A DNA stretch of 64,000 nucleotides from an uncultured Christensenella sp. (GTDB lineage Bacteria; Bacillota; Clostridia; Christensenellales; UBA1242). Made by a program: the position numbers and the translations under genes. Below the pieces are notes generated by a model. That model made no database searches. It was given only the letters and a program-made list of their open reading frames with translations, and had not been told where the DNA came from. Location: positions 779 to 64,778 of the forward strand of contig CASDOR010000007.1 in the NCBI GenBank assembly GCA_949282135.1, read 5' to 3'. The stretch's first letter is position 1. Each line of letters begins with the position of its first letter. Positions 8,203-18,900 of this stretch are shown here, in pieces.

Positions 8203-9399
8203 TTACTTTTCTTCTTCTAAATCACTAATTACATCCACCCCAGGAAGAGTTTTCCCTTCAAGAAACATAAGACTTGCCCCACCACCAGTTGATAAGTGAT
8301 CAATCCTCTTTCCATAGCCAGACTTAACAACTGCACTTGCCGAATCTCCGCCTCCAACAAAACTAAATCCCTTTGTCTTTGCAACATATTTTGCAATCTT
8401 GTTTGTGCCACGTGCGTACATTGGATTTTCAAAAACTCCCATAGGTCCGTTCCAAACAACAGTGCCAGCTTTCTTAATATAAGACTTAAAAAGTTTCACC
8501 GTTTTTGGTCCAATGTCAAGTCCCATGTAATTTTCGTCTATCTCCATTGAAGGAAATCTCTTAGGCTTTAGTTTACTATCAAAGTCAACGTTACATATGT
8601 TGTCAAGTGGAAGAACAAGCTCCGCCTTTGACGTCTTTGCCTTTTTAATAAACTCACGCGCCATATCTATTTTTTCTTCGTCAACAAGCGACTTACCAAC
8701 ACTTCCGCCAAGAGCCTTAATAAAGGTGTATGCCATACCGCCACCAATTAAAATGGTGTCAGCCTTATCAAGCAAATTTTCAATAACAGGAATCTTGTCC
8801 TTAATCTTTGCCCCACCAAGCACAGCCACAAGAGGTCTATCTGGATTTGATAAAATCTTACTCATAACCTTAAGCTCTTTACTAATCAAAAAGCCAATCG
8901 CGTTTGGTAGGAGACTCGCCACCCCATAAGTAGATGCGTGTTTTCTGTGACACGTACCAAAAGCATCATTTACATAAATGTCAGCAAGACTTGCAAGTTC
9001 TTTTGAAAACTCCTCGTCATTTTCTTCTTCTCTACGGTCAAACCTTAAATTTTCAAGCACAAGAATGTCCCCACTCTCCATAGCATTTATTTTGCTTTTA
9101 GCATCCTCACCTATCGTGTCACTTGCAAAACTTACCCTGTTTTTAACTAGTTTTTTAAGCGCACTTGCAACAGGAGCAAGCGAATACTTTTCATCCCTTG
9201 TCCCGTTTGGCCTACCAAGGTGAGAACAAATAATAACCTTAGCCTTATGCTCACACAAATAGTTAATAGTTGCAAGACTTTCCATAATTCTTGTTAGGTC
9301 CGTAATGTTCCCAGTCTTTGTATTCATAGGCACATTAAAATCAAGCCTCAGCAAAACTTTCTTATTTTCGACATCAATATCTTTAATTGTTCTTTTCAT
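8203..9399 (-). CDS. pgk: Phosphoglycerate kinase
   Basis: 398 aa containing VLLRLDFNVP, ICSHLGRP and STGGGASL. Confidence 0.97.
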   Translation of the reverse strand: MKRTIKDIDVENKKVLLRLDFNVPMNTKTGNITDLTRIMESLATINYLCEHKAKVIICSHLGRPNGTRDEKYSLAPVASALKKLVKNRVSFASDTIGEDAKSKINAMESGDILVLENLRFDRREEENDEEFSKELASLADIYVNDAFGTCHRKHASTYGVASLLPNAIGFLISKELKVMSKILSNPDRPLVAVLGGAKIKDKIPVIENLLDKADTILIGGGMAYTFIKALGGSVGKSLVDEEKIDMAREFIKKAKTSKAELVLPLDNICNVDFDSKLKPKRFPSMEIDENYMGLDIGPKTVKLFKSYIKKAGTVVWNGPMGVFENPMYARGTNKIAKYVAKTKGFSFVGGGDSASAVVKSGYGKRIDHLSTGGGASLMFLEGKTLPGVDVISDLEEEK

Positions 9400-9429
9400 A
9401 ACCTACCCTCATCCCTTTTATCATTATTA

Positions 9430-10164
9430 TTATTTTACCAATTTGTCAAAAATTTGTACATAAAAATCATTCACTTTTTTACTTTTTTTTATAAATTTTA
9501 TGTTTTTTGACGTAACAACCTCGCCATTTTTAAAAATAAATACAACTTTTCCTAAAAATTTGTCAATTTGATAGCTTAAAAACTCTTTTGCTTCTTCCTC
9601 TATAGCCCTACTGTTAGAAGTTTCTTCCCTTTTCTTTTTTAGCTTTTTACATTCATATTTTTTATATGTATTTTTACTATTACATAGCTTACCTAAAGAA
9701 TGCATTTTAGTGTCACTTGAAAGAGAAGAATGTGCCATATTTGTAACAGTTAGACTTGATAGCTTTTCATCATCAAGTCCTATAATAAAATCAAAATTTG
9801 TTTCCTTTTTTTTATATAAATCATAATAAAATAATACTTTAAAACTCTTATTCCTCATATTAAATTCACCACTTTTTTGTGTCATCCCCTCTCCAAAAAT
9901 GCTTTCCACCTGTTTATTTTTTAGAATAAGTGCATTTAAAGTTTTTCTATAAAGGTCTTTTAAATAAAAGCAAAAAATGACAATTTCTTTTTTAAACTTC
10001 TTTTTTATGAAATCTAAACTCCTAAAAAATTTGTCAGTAAAAAAAAGTGGAGTTTCATCACAAAAAGGAAATATAACTATTTTTGCGTATTTCATTAAAC
10101 CATAATATGAATTAGTTAGCTTCTTAGTGCTCTCCACTTTTTTGCATTTAGTTTTTTTTAACAC
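9430..10164 (-). CDS. Hypothetical Lys-rich protein (start codon uncertain)
   Basis: 244-aa ORF directly upstream of pgk. I recognise no domain. The ORF opens on GTG and no convincing SD marks any start. Confidence 0.45.
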   Translation of the reverse strand: MLKKTKCKKVESTKKLTNSYYGLMKYAKIVIFPFCDETPLFFTDKFFRSLDFIKKKFKKEIVIFCFYLKDLYRKTLNALILKNKQVESIFGEGMTQKSGEFNMRNKSFKVLFYYDLYKKKETNFDFIIGLDDEKLSSLTVTNMAHSSLSSDTKMHSLGKLCNSKNTYKKYECKKLKKKREETSNSRAIEEEAKEFLSYQIDKFLGKVVFIFKNGEVVTSKNIKFIKKSKKVNDFYVQIFDKLVK

Positions 10165-10296
10165 ATGCGTGACACGTAAAACAAATCAGCACGAGATTAG
10201 TACGGTCAGTACACTCTTACTTTTTCTCACGCTTGTTAGCATATATGTAAATAATCTTTATTGCTCATCTTTTTGTCATATTTTTTTTATACATAC

Positions 10297-10339
10297 GTGC
10301 GACCATGAGAGACGGCTTCGCCACCTCTCATGACCGCAC
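10297..10339. repeat. Nested-hairpin intergenic element, B-type, copy 1
   Basis: gtgcg-ac-catgagag-(acggcttcgccac)-ctctcatg-ac-cgcac. It shares the acgtgcgacc start and gaccgcactccc end with 43343-43394. Confidence 0.8.
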
Positions 10340-10445
10340 TCCCTCGCCCCCCTCATCCCTACTTTTTTAATTTTATCACCCCGAAGTAAGTTTTTAAGCT
10401 AATAAGTGCTCGCAATAAAAAGTTTTTTCTAATAAAATCCGTTTT

Positions 10446-11396
10446 TTAATCTACACCTAAAATTTCTTCAATTTCTTTTAAAGAAGAACTCAGTGCTATA
10501 TCTTTTCTTTTTTTAGTGTCAGAAACATATTTCATAGCATGCCTTTTGAGTAGATTTACAATCTTTCTTTCATCACTATAGTACTTTTTTAGTAAGTAAA
10601 TGTGAGTCTTTATAATTTCTTCTCTTGTAAACTCCCCTTCCTCACACTTTTTGTTACTTAACTCCATAAAAATCTCAGGATGCCCAACTGCCCCTCGTGC
10701 GAGCATAACTCCGTCTACACCAGCTTTTAAGACCCTTTCTAAACTCTCTTTGTCAACAATATCTCCGCTTGCAATGACTGGGATTTTAACCGCCCTCTTT
10801 ACCTTTTCAAAGTCACTTGCATGAGTCACCCCGCTATACCCATCCTCTTTTGTGCGAGGGTGAATTGCTATCGCACTCGCCCCTGCCTCTTCACACATTT
10901 TTGCAAACTCAACTAAAAGGTCGTCATTTTTATAGTAACCTTTTCTAAACTTCACCGTCACAGGCTTTGGCGACACACTGACACAGGTTTCTATTATTTT
11001 TCTAGCAAGCCCCATATCTTTCATGAGTGCACTCCCATCTCCGTTTTTTACAATCTTTGGTGCAGGACATCCCATGTTAATGTCTATTATGTCAAAATTA
11101 TCTAAAATCTTACTTTCAATCACTTTCTTAAAAATCTCAGGCTCATGCCCAAAAAGTTGAACAGCAACTAAGCCTTCCTCTTCCCCTCGTCTTAATAACT
11201 CAAAGGTGTTTTTGCTATTATAGTATAAACCTTTTACACTTACCATTTCAGTGTACGTAAGCCCTGCCCCGAGCCACGCACAAAGCGACCTAAACGCGAC
11301 TTCACTTACTCCAGCTTGCGGGGCGAGAAAAATGTTGTTTTTTGTTTCAATACTCCCTATCTTCATGTAGTTTATTTTACCAAAGTATGCCCACAT
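10446..11396 (-). CDS. dus: tRNA-dihydrouridine synthase
   Basis: 316-aa ORF containing FLAPQAGVSE and DINMGCPAPK, a TIM-barrel Dus pattern. The real start may be the internal MKIGSIE (11366). Confidence 0.88.
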   Translation of the reverse strand: MWAYFGKINYMKIGSIETKNNIFLAPQAGVSEVAFRSLCAWLGAGLTYTEMVSVKGLYYNSKNTFELLRRGEEEGLVAVQLFGHEPEIFKKVIESKILDNFDIIDINMGCPAPKIVKNGDGSALMKDMGLARKIIETCVSVSPKPVTVKFRKGYYKNDDLLVEFAKMCEEAGASAIAIHPRTKEDGYSGVTHASDFEKVKRAVKIPVIASGDIVDKESLERVLKAGVDGVMLARGAVGHPEIFMELSNKKCEEGEFTREEIIKTHIYLLKKYYSDERKIVNLLKRHAMKYVSDTKKRKDIALSSSLKEIEEILGVD

Positions 11397-11437
11397 AGTA
11401 AAGTTATTTTAAAAATCTTATTCTCCTTTGCTATCCC

Positions 11438-13027
11438 CTAACCTTTTTTCTTTGCAAGCCCTAGAATTGCCTCCTTTTCTTCTTTTGTAAAGGTTCTCAA
11501 AACAAAAAGCATGATAATAAACACCACCCCACCAACAAAAAGAGAACTAATAGTTAGAAATGTGCTTGATACGTAAGGCATAAGTAAGAGTTTAGTTAAA
11601 AACACTCCTAATACACACGCAAGGCTTGACACAAAAGGACTTACGAAAGACCTCAAAAAGTTTGGCTTAAGGTAAATATATTTTCTGTAAAAATAGATGT
11701 TGATAGTAGCACTTGCTACATAGCACACGGCATTTGATAATATAGCCCCAGCAATGTTTAGACTTGGAATAAAAATTAAAATAACCTCACAAATGACTTT
11801 AAAAATAAGTGATAAACTAAGGCTAACTACCGGCACATAGGATTTGTTAATAGATTGAAGAAGCGCAGTCGAAATATTTAAAATTGACAAATAAAAGACG
11901 TTAATACTAGATAGCATAAATAGCGTCACCGCCTCGTTAAACTCGTAAATGTTACTAAAGCTCGCCGAGTACAAAAGCCTTAAAATGTCACCTGGGAAAA
12001 ACAAAAAAACAAGAAAACATGGAAGCGCTACAATGAGGGAAAGTTTTATCGCAAGCACACTTTTATATGCCACTCCCTCGTAGTCTTTTTTTGACAAACT
12101 ATATGACACAAAAGGAATAATTGTCATGCAGATAGCACTTGACACTGTCGATGGAAGGCTAGTAAGAGTGCTGACAATACCAGAGTTAATGCCAAGAAGC
12201 GAGGTCGCAAAAAGTTTATCAAACCCACCAGCTTTTAAGATGTTTACAATCAAAAAACTGTCAATTAAAAGCGACATGGGAAGAATAACACTAGACAAAA
12301 TAAAAGGCAAGGCACTCTTAAAAACTGTTCTCATAATGTTTTTTTGAGGTACAGGAGTCTTTTCCGCGCCCTCCTTTTCAAAAAACTTCTTATTTCTCTT
12401 TTTAAATACTAAAAAGTAAAAGACAAAAAACAAGGTATTTGAAGCTTCCGCAATACCTAGACCTAAAAAAGACCCTAAAGTCCCATACACTACCCCAAAC
12501 TTTGATAGCATTTTTGCAAACATAAAAGCAAAAACAAGTTTAAAAATCTGAGCAACAACCTGCGACAAAGCAGAAGGAACCATATTTTGAAGCCCCTGAA
12601 AATACCCCTTATACGCACTAGAAATACTAACTAAAATAATTAATGGTGCAAGAGCCAAATAACAAATAAAAGCCATGTCAAGCCCCTGAAGGTTTGCTAT
12701 GACCTTTGAAAAACAAGAAAGAAGCACAAAAAGACCGAGCCCCAAAAATAAGAGCAAAACTAGCGATGCTTTAAAAATCCTATAAGCTTCGTAGTAGTCC
12801 CCATGACTTACACTTTGAGAAACATTTTTTGAGATAGACAAAGAAAAACTATTTGACACAAAGGTGATTAAAAACGCATAAACAGGAAAAATAAGGTAGT
12901 AAACCCCCATACCCTCACTACCTAGAATATTTGCAAGTGGAATTTTATATAGTACTCCTAGAATTTTGCAAATTATTCCACTAATACTTAAAATTAGTGC
13001 ACCAAAAACAAACGATCTTTTTTTCAT
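11438..13027 (-). CDS. MOP-superfamily flippase (SpoVB / YabM / MurJ-like polysaccharide biosynthesis protein)
   Basis: 529 aa and polytopic. The N-terminus GALILSISGIICKILGVLYKIPLANILGSEGMG is typical. It lies immediately downstream of spoVT as yabM does in Bacillus. Confidence 0.8.
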   Translation of the reverse strand: MKKRSFVFGALILSISGIICKILGVLYKIPLANILGSEGMGVYYLIFPVYAFLITFVSNSFSLSISKNVSQSVSHGDYYEAYRIFKASLVLLLFLGLGLFVLLSCFSKVIANLQGLDMAFICYLALAPLIILVSISSAYKGYFQGLQNMVPSALSQVVAQIFKLVFAFMFAKMLSKFGVVYGTLGSFLGLGIAEASNTLFFVFYFLVFKKRNKKFFEKEGAEKTPVPQKNIMRTVFKSALPFILSSVILPMSLLIDSFLIVNILKAGGFDKLFATSLLGINSGIVSTLTSLPSTVSSAICMTIIPFVSYSLSKKDYEGVAYKSVLAIKLSLIVALPCFLVFLFFPGDILRLLYSASFSNIYEFNEAVTLFMLSSINVFYLSILNISTALLQSINKSYVPVVSLSLSLIFKVICEVILIFIPSLNIAGAILSNAVCYVASATINIYFYRKYIYLKPNFLRSFVSPFVSSLACVLGVFLTKLLLMPYVSSTFLTISSLFVGGVVFIIMLFVLRTFTKEEKEAILGLAKKKG

Positions 13028-13390
13028 TTTTTACCTCATTTTAGTCTTAAAAAATTAAAATTTCATCGTTTGTTATGTAAACTAAAAAGCATTTTTGAGT
13101 TTTTTGTTTTGTTTTAATTTAATTTTTTTAATTTGCTTTTTTAATTTGTCTTGTCTTAATTTGCTCTTTTATTTGCTTTGTCTTTTTTGTGTTATTTTTT
13201 GCGTTGTTTTTATTTGTTTAGTTTTTGTTTAGTTTTTGTTTTTTTAAAACACTAGCAAAAACTTTACCCTATTTATTTCACACTCTAAAACAAGGTTTTT
13301 GTTGTTTATCTTTCCTTTGTTTGTTTTGTATTTAAAAGTAGTTTTGACTTTTGTTTAAAACTAAAGCAAGCTAAAATTATAAAATTTTCA

Positions 13391-13891
13391 TTATTGAAGA
13401 ATGTCACTAGCAAAACGACATAAGACTTCAATATTTTTCTTTAAGTCTTTATCTATTTCACTGTCCATAAACAAAACTAGATAGCCATATTCAAAGCCAC
13501 TACTTTCTAACTTTGTTATGTAAGCATATTTATAGGTTTTCTTAGAAAATCTAACCCCAATGACCTTGCTGAGTTTCCCTACTTCAACCTCATCAAAATC
13601 AACTTTTACTAAGCTCACATCGTTTTTTGAAAGCCCTTTGGCAAAAACAATTTCATCCCCATCAGTCGTAACACAAGGGACAGAATATGCACTAAAAATA
13701 ATGTCTACAAGCTTGCTCGCAAAAGTAGGCATGTTACTAAGTTCTGAAAACTTCCTAAGAACAATTTCATTATCGTCATTTAAGTCCACTTCAATAGAAG
13801 CACCTGTCTTAATTCCAAGCACTCTTCTCATTTCTTTAGGTATAACAATTCTACCTAACTCATCAACCTTTCTAACCATTCCACTTCGCAT
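13391..13891 (-). CDS. spoVT: AbrB-family transcriptional regulator SpoVT
   Basis: 166 aa. The swapped-hairpin N-terminus MVRKVDELGRIVIPKEMRRVLGIKTGASIEV is followed by a roughly 110-aa C-terminal domain, which is the SpoVT architecture. Confidence 0.82.
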   Translation of the reverse strand: MRSGMVRKVDELGRIVIPKEMRRVLGIKTGASIEVDLNDDNEIVLRKFSELSNMPTFASKLVDIIFSAYSVPCVTTDGDEIVFAKGLSKNDVSLVKVDFDEVEVGKLSKVIGVRFSKKTYKYAYITKLESSGFEYGYLVLFMDSEIDKDLKKNIEVLCRFASDILQ

Positions 13892-14111
13892 AATAATTCA
13901 CACCTCAAAAATATTTTTTGTTAAAACTTAATTTCTATTCTTCTAGTCTCCTCTTAATTTTAAATGTTCTTACACTTCTTTTAAGTTTTTTTGTCGAAAG
14001 ATAGAAATTAAACGCACATTTTGTCAAATAATGTCAAGTGTATATAGAATTATATTCCCAACATTGTGGAATGTCAACAAATTTTTTCTAGTTTATGGAA
14101 TAATATGACAT

Positions 14112-14315
14112 ATGGAAACATTTGGACAGAGACTAAGAGAATTACGACATGAAAAAAAGATTGGGCAAATCCAACTTGCAAAAGAAATTGACGTAGGAAA
14201 ATCGATTGTGAGTCTTTGGGAAAACGACGAGTGCGAACCAACCCTCTCTCGCCTTAAAGCCCTAGCTGAATATTTTGACGTGACAATTGACTACCTCGCC
14301 GGACTTGAAGAATAA
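14112..14315 (+). CDS. XRE-family helix-turn-helix transcriptional regulator
   Basis: 67 aa reading FGQRLRELRHEKKIGQIQLAKEIDVGKSIVSLWENDECEPTLSRLKALAEYFDVTIDYL. Confidence 0.85.
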   Translation: METFGQRLRELRHEKKIGQIQLAKEIDVGKSIVSLWENDECEPTLSRLKALAEYFDVTIDYLAGLEE

Positions 14316-14463
14316 TTTTTTTTATTGTTAGTTTTCTATAATTTAAAAATTTAATAAACAAGCTTACATTCTTCCCTTTATTCTTATAAAAACTTTCTTT
14401 TTTTGTTAAGACTCCTCACTAAAGAAACACCTAACACTCCCTTAATTTTTAAGTCTTTTTTTA

Positions 14464-14520
14464 TAAAAAAATACTTTCGTCTTTATAAAACACAAAAGAA
14501 GAAAGTATTTTTATTTTTTT
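14464..14520. terminator. Bidirectional intrinsic terminator hairpin, copy 1
   Basis: 15-nt arms aatactttcgtcttt / aaagaagaaagtatt with one mismatch, flanked by an A-run on the left and a T-run on the right. It sits between the convergent XRE gene and the 15012-15758 gene. Confidence 0.65.
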
Positions 14521-14601
14521 GCTACTAAAACCACACAAATGAATCTCATGACAAAATATAAAACCTTTTTTTTACTAAAACTTATATGTTTCTTTTTTTA
14601 T

Positions 14602-14654
14602 AAAAAATACTTTCGTCTTTATAAAACACAAAAGAAGAAAGTATTTTTATTTTT
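14602..14654. terminator. Bidirectional intrinsic terminator hairpin, copy 2
   Basis: The same hairpin as 14464-20, duplicated as part of a roughly 136-nt tandem unit. Confidence 0.6.
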
Positions 14655-14724
14655 GTACTAAAACTATAGAGAACAATTTTGTGACAAAATATAAAGCCCT
14701 TTTTTGACACAACTTATAGGTCGA

Positions 14725-14896
14725 TTTTTTATATAAAACCTTCATACCTCTTTTTTATATACAATCCATATGTCTCTTTTTTGTGTATGACCTATATGTT
14801 GCTTTTTTATATAAAATTCATATAACACTTTTTTATAGAAGACTTATATATCACTTTTTTATATAAAACTTATATATCGTTTTTTTTATCTAAAAT
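14725..14896. repeat. Tandem array, about 7 x 26 nt
   Basis: Degenerate units read ttttttatataaaac-n-tatat-nnnc, starting at 14725, 14751, 14777, 14803, 14829, 14855 and 14880. Confidence 0.85.
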
Positions 14897-15011
14897 TTTT
14901 TTACAAGGGCTTAGCTACAGCAACACACTACTTAGTATATTAATAGCATCTCTTTTTAACTAAAGCTCATATGTCTTTCTACCTAAAAGCTTTTTTAAGA
15001 CAAATGTTTTT

Positions 15012-15758
15012 TTATTTGTCACTGTCCGCACTATCAATATCTTCAATATTAAGCTCGACAAACTCGCTTTCATATTGTTTCTTACTTTCCTTTTCTTCCT
15101 TTGACATAAGCACCTCGCCCACCTCGTCTTCATCTACATCTTCTGGCAAACTCTTAATAAGGTTATCAATTGCCCCATTAACACACCTATCTCTAAATCT
15201 ATCAAAGAAAATCCTCGCCCCTTTTTCGTTTGTATCTTCCTCAATAAGCTCCTTTTTAGACATTTCCCTTGGGTCAAGCTTTAAATCAACATATAAAAGC
15301 TCGCACACATACTGGCTTAAAAACCAAAAATAATTTGAAAGATTTAAGTCGTTATATTTAATAATTTGCCCAGCACGAGGACTTTCCAAAATCAAATCAA
15401 TAGCAGGATTCATAAAAGCTTTCATTTTTTGAGGAGCAAGCTTGCTACCATTGCGAGCGGCAATAATATTCCATTCAATACTTCTTTTGTAATTTATAGG
15501 AAAAATATCTCCAAACCCTCTTTTATAGATATACCCCATATAGTCTTGAGACGGAATATGCCCTGCGCAAGCATAAGCACAAATTTGCTCAATACGACTT
15601 ATAATAATATTTCTATACTTTTTTGCGTTATACCTATCACGTTCAGAAACCCTAGGCATCCAAGCTCGAATCCTTAAAAAAATCTCTTGCTGGTCCTCGT
15701 AGCTTATTTTGTCGAACTCTTCCCTATCATAATAATTTTGATTTTCAAACAAATTCAT
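15012..15758 (-). CDS. Hypothetical protein with one possible Sel1-like repeat and an acidic C-terminus
   Basis: 248 aa with a good gaggag SD. MGYIYKRGFGDIFPINYKRSIEWNIIAARNGSKLA resembles a Sel1/TPR-like repeat. Function unknown. Confidence 0.55.
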   Translation of the reverse strand: MNLFENQNYYDREEFDKISYEDQQEIFLRIRAWMPRVSERDRYNAKKYRNIIISRIEQICAYACAGHIPSQDYMGYIYKRGFGDIFPINYKRSIEWNIIAARNGSKLAPQKMKAFMNPAIDLILESPRAGQIIKYNDLNLSNYFWFLSQYVCELLYVDLKLDPREMSKKELIEEDTNEKGARIFFDRFRDRCVNGAIDNLIKSLPEDVDEDEVGEVLMSKEEKESKKQYESEFVELNIEDIDSADSDK

Positions 15759-15794
15759 GTGCTTTTTTCTCCTCTTATTTGTTTCTAACTCTTT

Positions 15795-15980
15795 AAAAAA
15801 ACTAGACTATAAAACTCATTCTTATAAACCAGACCGCCAAACTGACTTCCAAAAAAACTAGACTATCAAACTTACTTTCAAAAATTAAGGCTATCAAACT
15901 TACTTCCAAAAAAACTAGACTGTCAAACCTACTTTCAAAAACAAAGGTCTAAAACTCAATTACAAACTAGGTCAAAAACA
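15795..15980. repeat. Tandem array, about 7 x 29 nt
   Basis: Units read aaaaaaactagact(a/g)tcaaac(t/c)tact(t)tcc. The array lies between the stop of the 1465-aa gene and the next gene. Confidence 0.85.
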
Positions 15981-15999
15981 TTTTTTTTTACAATTCATT

Positions 16000-18900
16000 C
16001 TAATTTGCAGAACTCAAAACTAAAACCTCAAACGAACTTTCAAATTGCAAAGTATAACCATAATCTGTCGTTAGTTCAAAAATGATTGTAGCTATAACTG
16101 TTAGGCTCGGCTCCCCACTTGGAATAATACTGTGATTTGGGTCATCATAATTAATAATTAAATACAATAAATCCTCGCCACTCTCTTCAAACTTAAAGAT
16201 GTTTTCATTTGTCTTTCCATCAATCTCAAAGCTAAATTTGTCTGGAGTCAAGTTATTATCATTTAAAATATTTCCACCATTTTTCATAACCGAAACACTG
16301 CTCTTGTCAATAAGAAGCCTATCTCCCGACTTACCAAAGTTAGCGGTATTACTAAGCTTAAACTCAAGATTAGGTAGAATAGTTAAATTAAAACTCTTCT
16401 CAAAACTTCCGCCATCACTAAAAGTAAAGGTTAGTGTCATTGTGACATCTTTTTCATAGTTTATGTCTTGACTTAAAAAGGTAATATTGCTACTTGAAAC
16501 AAAATATCCTTTCATAAGAAGATTTATGTCACTAATAACTAGGTCCTCCTCACTACTCGTGAACTCAAACGAAACAGAATTAAGAGTCACACCTAAACCT
16601 TCAGCAGTCTCATTTGGAGTAAATAGAACGTTATAATTCACCCCCGCGTTAATTTGATAGCTTGAACCGACCTCATCTGCACTAATATCTACATTGTCTA
16701 ACGAATAAAGTGAGTTTATTGTAACTGTTACATCCTCACTTGAAGCATTAACGTCATCTCTAATACTCACTCGAAGAGTAGCCTCACGCGAGCCAACAAA
16801 GGTTTTAATTGTAATATTACCATTTGTAATACTAATAATGTCCTCGCTTTCACTACCCACCAAAACAGATAACGTCACTTGTCTATTCTTTTCCTCGCTT
16901 GTTCCTAGATAAGTAATAGACACAAACTCATCAATAGGAGTCACGCTTGGAGCATCAAAAGTTGTCTTTAAAATATTAATTTCATATGCTCCACTGGCCA
17001 TGACGGAATACCCATCGACCTTGCTGTCACTTTCAGGGAGCGTAATATAAAGTGGATTTGACTGAGAATTATAATAGAAACTAAACGTCACCCTCTCGCT
17101 CTTTAAAAAGTCATTTTTTATAGTAAAACTACTCAGGTCCTCACTTAAACTTACGTGAGAACTATTAACGCTTGCACTAAAAGCTTTACTATAATCAATA
17201 CTACCAACCCCACTTATAGTAAATAATCCATCATCGCCAAACAACTTGTACACAGAATCTTTTGTGCCGGTCAAAACAAAATCTTCGTTTGGAGTAATGT
17301 TAATGTCAAAGCCCTCCAATCTAAAGTACATTTTAGCCGCGTTTTCCTGTCTTAAAGCTTCATTAATAACCCGCGTAAAACCGCTTCCGTCATAAACATA
17401 GTGAATAAACTCGTTACTATTAGACTCGACGTAAATACTAAGCTCCAGTAGTATTCCCCCGTCAACATAAGGCACATTTTTAAAAGTCAACCCGCCACCT
17501 TCATGACTTACGACAAAATCAAAGAAAGCACTAACATTATTTAAAGTAAAATTAGGGTCAATTTCTCTTAAATTATACCTTATGCCATAGACACTGTAAT
17601 CTAAGTCCGTGTTTAAATATTTAAAGCCATATCTTAAATTATTAAGCTCCGTCACCGTCTCGCCATTATTAATGACATTCCAACCTACTTCTCCGTTTGT
17701 AACTGTCGCCCTAAGAGAAAGCGGATTATCAATGCTATTACCATAAGTAGTCTCATCCCCATTATTTGCTAGATATACAATGTCAGCTTCGTTATAAATT
17801 AGGTCGTTAACATTTAAATTTAAAGTTGTTGAAGTTGTGTCATTATTAAACACAAAACTACCATAAAAATACTCGTCTGTTCCGTTATCAACATATATTC
17901 TTACGTTAAAAATATTTTCAAGTATTGTTCCGTCAAGCTCAATGGAGTAAATCTCGCCTACTACGTATGGCACCATGTAGCCTATAAGAAGTCCGTCTTC
18001 GTCGTAAACCTCGCTAAACTCACCAAAGGTAATAGCGTTCTCATTAATCTCTACTAGTCCATTATAATTAGACGCGTCATAATCTCCAAAATCTTGCGTA
18101 AAACTAATTTTTAGCCTATCAGATTCTTTAAGTCTTCTAAGTGTCTCAAGTTGCGAACTCGTAATGTAGAAATACTTTCCCTCTGAGTTTTCATCGATTG
18201 CGTTTTGCATCCCAAAAGCACTTTGCTCGTAATTGTCATAATTGTAAATTAGTATCTCAGAAATGTTTTCATAAACATAAATTAAAGCCTCACACTCAAC
18301 ACCTAGATCGTAGATTACCCCTTGACTTTCATTAATAAGTCTAGCTATAACCGTAAACGCGCCAATACCATTAAGAGTAGAATCGCTATTAATCTCAAGC
18401 CTAATTATGTTTGAGTTGTCCTCAGTCAAAATTTCAAATTCAGAATTAATCCTAACATTATTAACAACTAAATATGGAATAGTACTCGCGCCTTGACTAG
18501 AAATCGAATAAAACTTGACAAGACGCGCATTAATGTTAAATAATTCTCCACCAATGTTAAAACTAAACAAGTTGTCCGACTCTTCTACTTGGGCAGTTTT
18601 AGTAATAGGTGTTAGAGTGGCTGTAATCGGTACTCCAGCCAAAAACTCAAAGTCAGTATTAGCCCCAGTCAAATTTCCTGACCCATCAAAACTAAAAATC
18701 ACCTCGTTTTCACCTTGAGTAAAGGTAAGAGTGCTATTTACCATGTTACACCAGTTGTCAACTACGCTAAAATCACTAATTGTGCCTCCACGGCGAGATA
18801 TAAAGGTAAATTCAAGAGCAAACCTTGCATTGTCTGATGGAATAGTTGAAATAGAATTTGAACTTGTATAAGGCAAATAGTACGTAAGAGTGTTAAAGTC

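Larger units (their letters stand above)
14455..14724. repeat. Tandem duplication, 2 x about 136 nt, each unit carrying the terminator hairpin
   Basis: 14455-14591 aligns with 14592-14724. Shared blocks include ctttttttataaaaaa(a)tactttcg...gtatttttattttt and gacaaaatataaa. Confidence 0.85.

Noticed and set aside
13028-13390. T/G-rich low-complexity spacer between spoVT and the flippase gene as a possible repeat array or RNA
   Set aside because: It has only loose gttttgttt-type reiteration, with no defined unit, no hairpins of note and no ORF. I treated it as compositional low complexity.
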